Shown here: positions 63,027 to 64,000 of the stretch, piece after piece | Layout: each line of letters starts with the position of its first letter | How positions within the stretch are numbered: the stretch's first letter is position 1 | NCBI GenBank assembly: GCA_964016885.1 | Contig: OZ024759.1 | Span: forward strand, 27,962,001-28,026,000 | Reading direction: 5' to 3' | DNA length: 64,000 bases | Source: Eledone cirrhosa | Lineage: Eukaryota | Notes under the pieces: generated by a model | Told to the model about the DNA's origin: nothing | Databases searched by the model: none | Seen by the model: only the letters and a program-made list of their open reading frames with translations | Translations under genes and position numbers: made by a program

Positions 63027-63197
63027 ATTGGTTGTATTCGGACGCCATGCTTTCCAGCACAGTTACGTCCCTTTACGATCTGAGTTCAAATCCCGCCGAG
63101 GTTGACTTTGCCTTTCATCCTTACGGGGTCGATAAAATAAAGTACCAGTAATGCACTGGGTAATTGCTGACCTTGTGCCTAAAGTAGAAACAATTAT
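63027..63197 (+). mobile_element. tRNA-derived SINE (same family)
   Basis: B box and body present. Confidence 0.85.
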
Positions 63198-63214
63198 TTT
63201 ATATGAGACATTAT

Positions 63215-63323
<109 letters not shown>

Positions 63324-63747
63324 TGACTTGTTATTCTTTTTGGTAAATATCTTGGTTCAGAGAGTGGGACTGTCTTTGTGAAGTGCCTTTGCTCACTATA
63401 AAATCTTCACGGCACAGGCATTGCTTTATATCTGGAGATCTCTCTGCACTTGTCGCTACATGGTACCATGGGCCCAGCACTATGTGTCAATAGTTGTCAC
63501 AAGTGTAGTGTTTGTACCAGAGTTTTCAAGTCGCTGGCTGGACTAAAAAGTCACACTCGTTCAGCGCATCGGTAAGGGTTCTCCTACATGGATATAAAGT
63601 AGTGGCCGTACTCGAAAACGAGTTGGCAGCCACCATGTATGTATGTATATATGTATGTATATATATGTGTATGTATGTGTATATATATATATATATATGT
63701 ATGTGTATATAAATGTGTATGTATGCATATATATGTATATATATGTA

Positions 63748-63833
<86 letters not shown>

Positions 63834-63837
63834 TATG

Positions 63838-63911
<74 letters not shown>

Positions 63912-64000
63912 AGTATGTATGTATATATATATGTATGAGTATGTATATATATATATATGTGTATGTATATATATATATATGTGTATGTATATATATGTAT

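Overview
Eukaryotic, very microsatellite-rich DNA ((TA)n, (CA)n, (GA)n, (TTTC)n, (ACC)n). The repeat landscape and tRNA-derived SINEs suggest an octopus or related cephalopod (inference). Nearly all ORFs in the supplied track are microsatellite translation artefacts. The real content is: (1) a probable minus-strand spliced gene with four phase-compatible exons (29783-29830, 7225-7307, 6456-6582, 496-636) whose product resembles a divergent PX domain; (2) fragments of RTE, CR1-like and L1/Tx1-like LINEs, two SINE families, a non-autonomous Helitron, a mariner remnant and MITEs; (3) many short non-coding islands, mostly embedded in (TA)n, carrying minimal type I hammerhead ribozymes (HHRs) of at least seven different sequence families, often in long fold-back palindromes (Penelope-like/retrozyme architecture). 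The best candidate for an undescribed system is a 467-bp head-to-tail dimer at 27597-28554. Each unit has one complete HHR, oriented in the sense of the predicted host intron, so double self-cleavage would release a 467-nt structured monomer: a candidate cephalopod non-LTR retrozyme / circular RNA.
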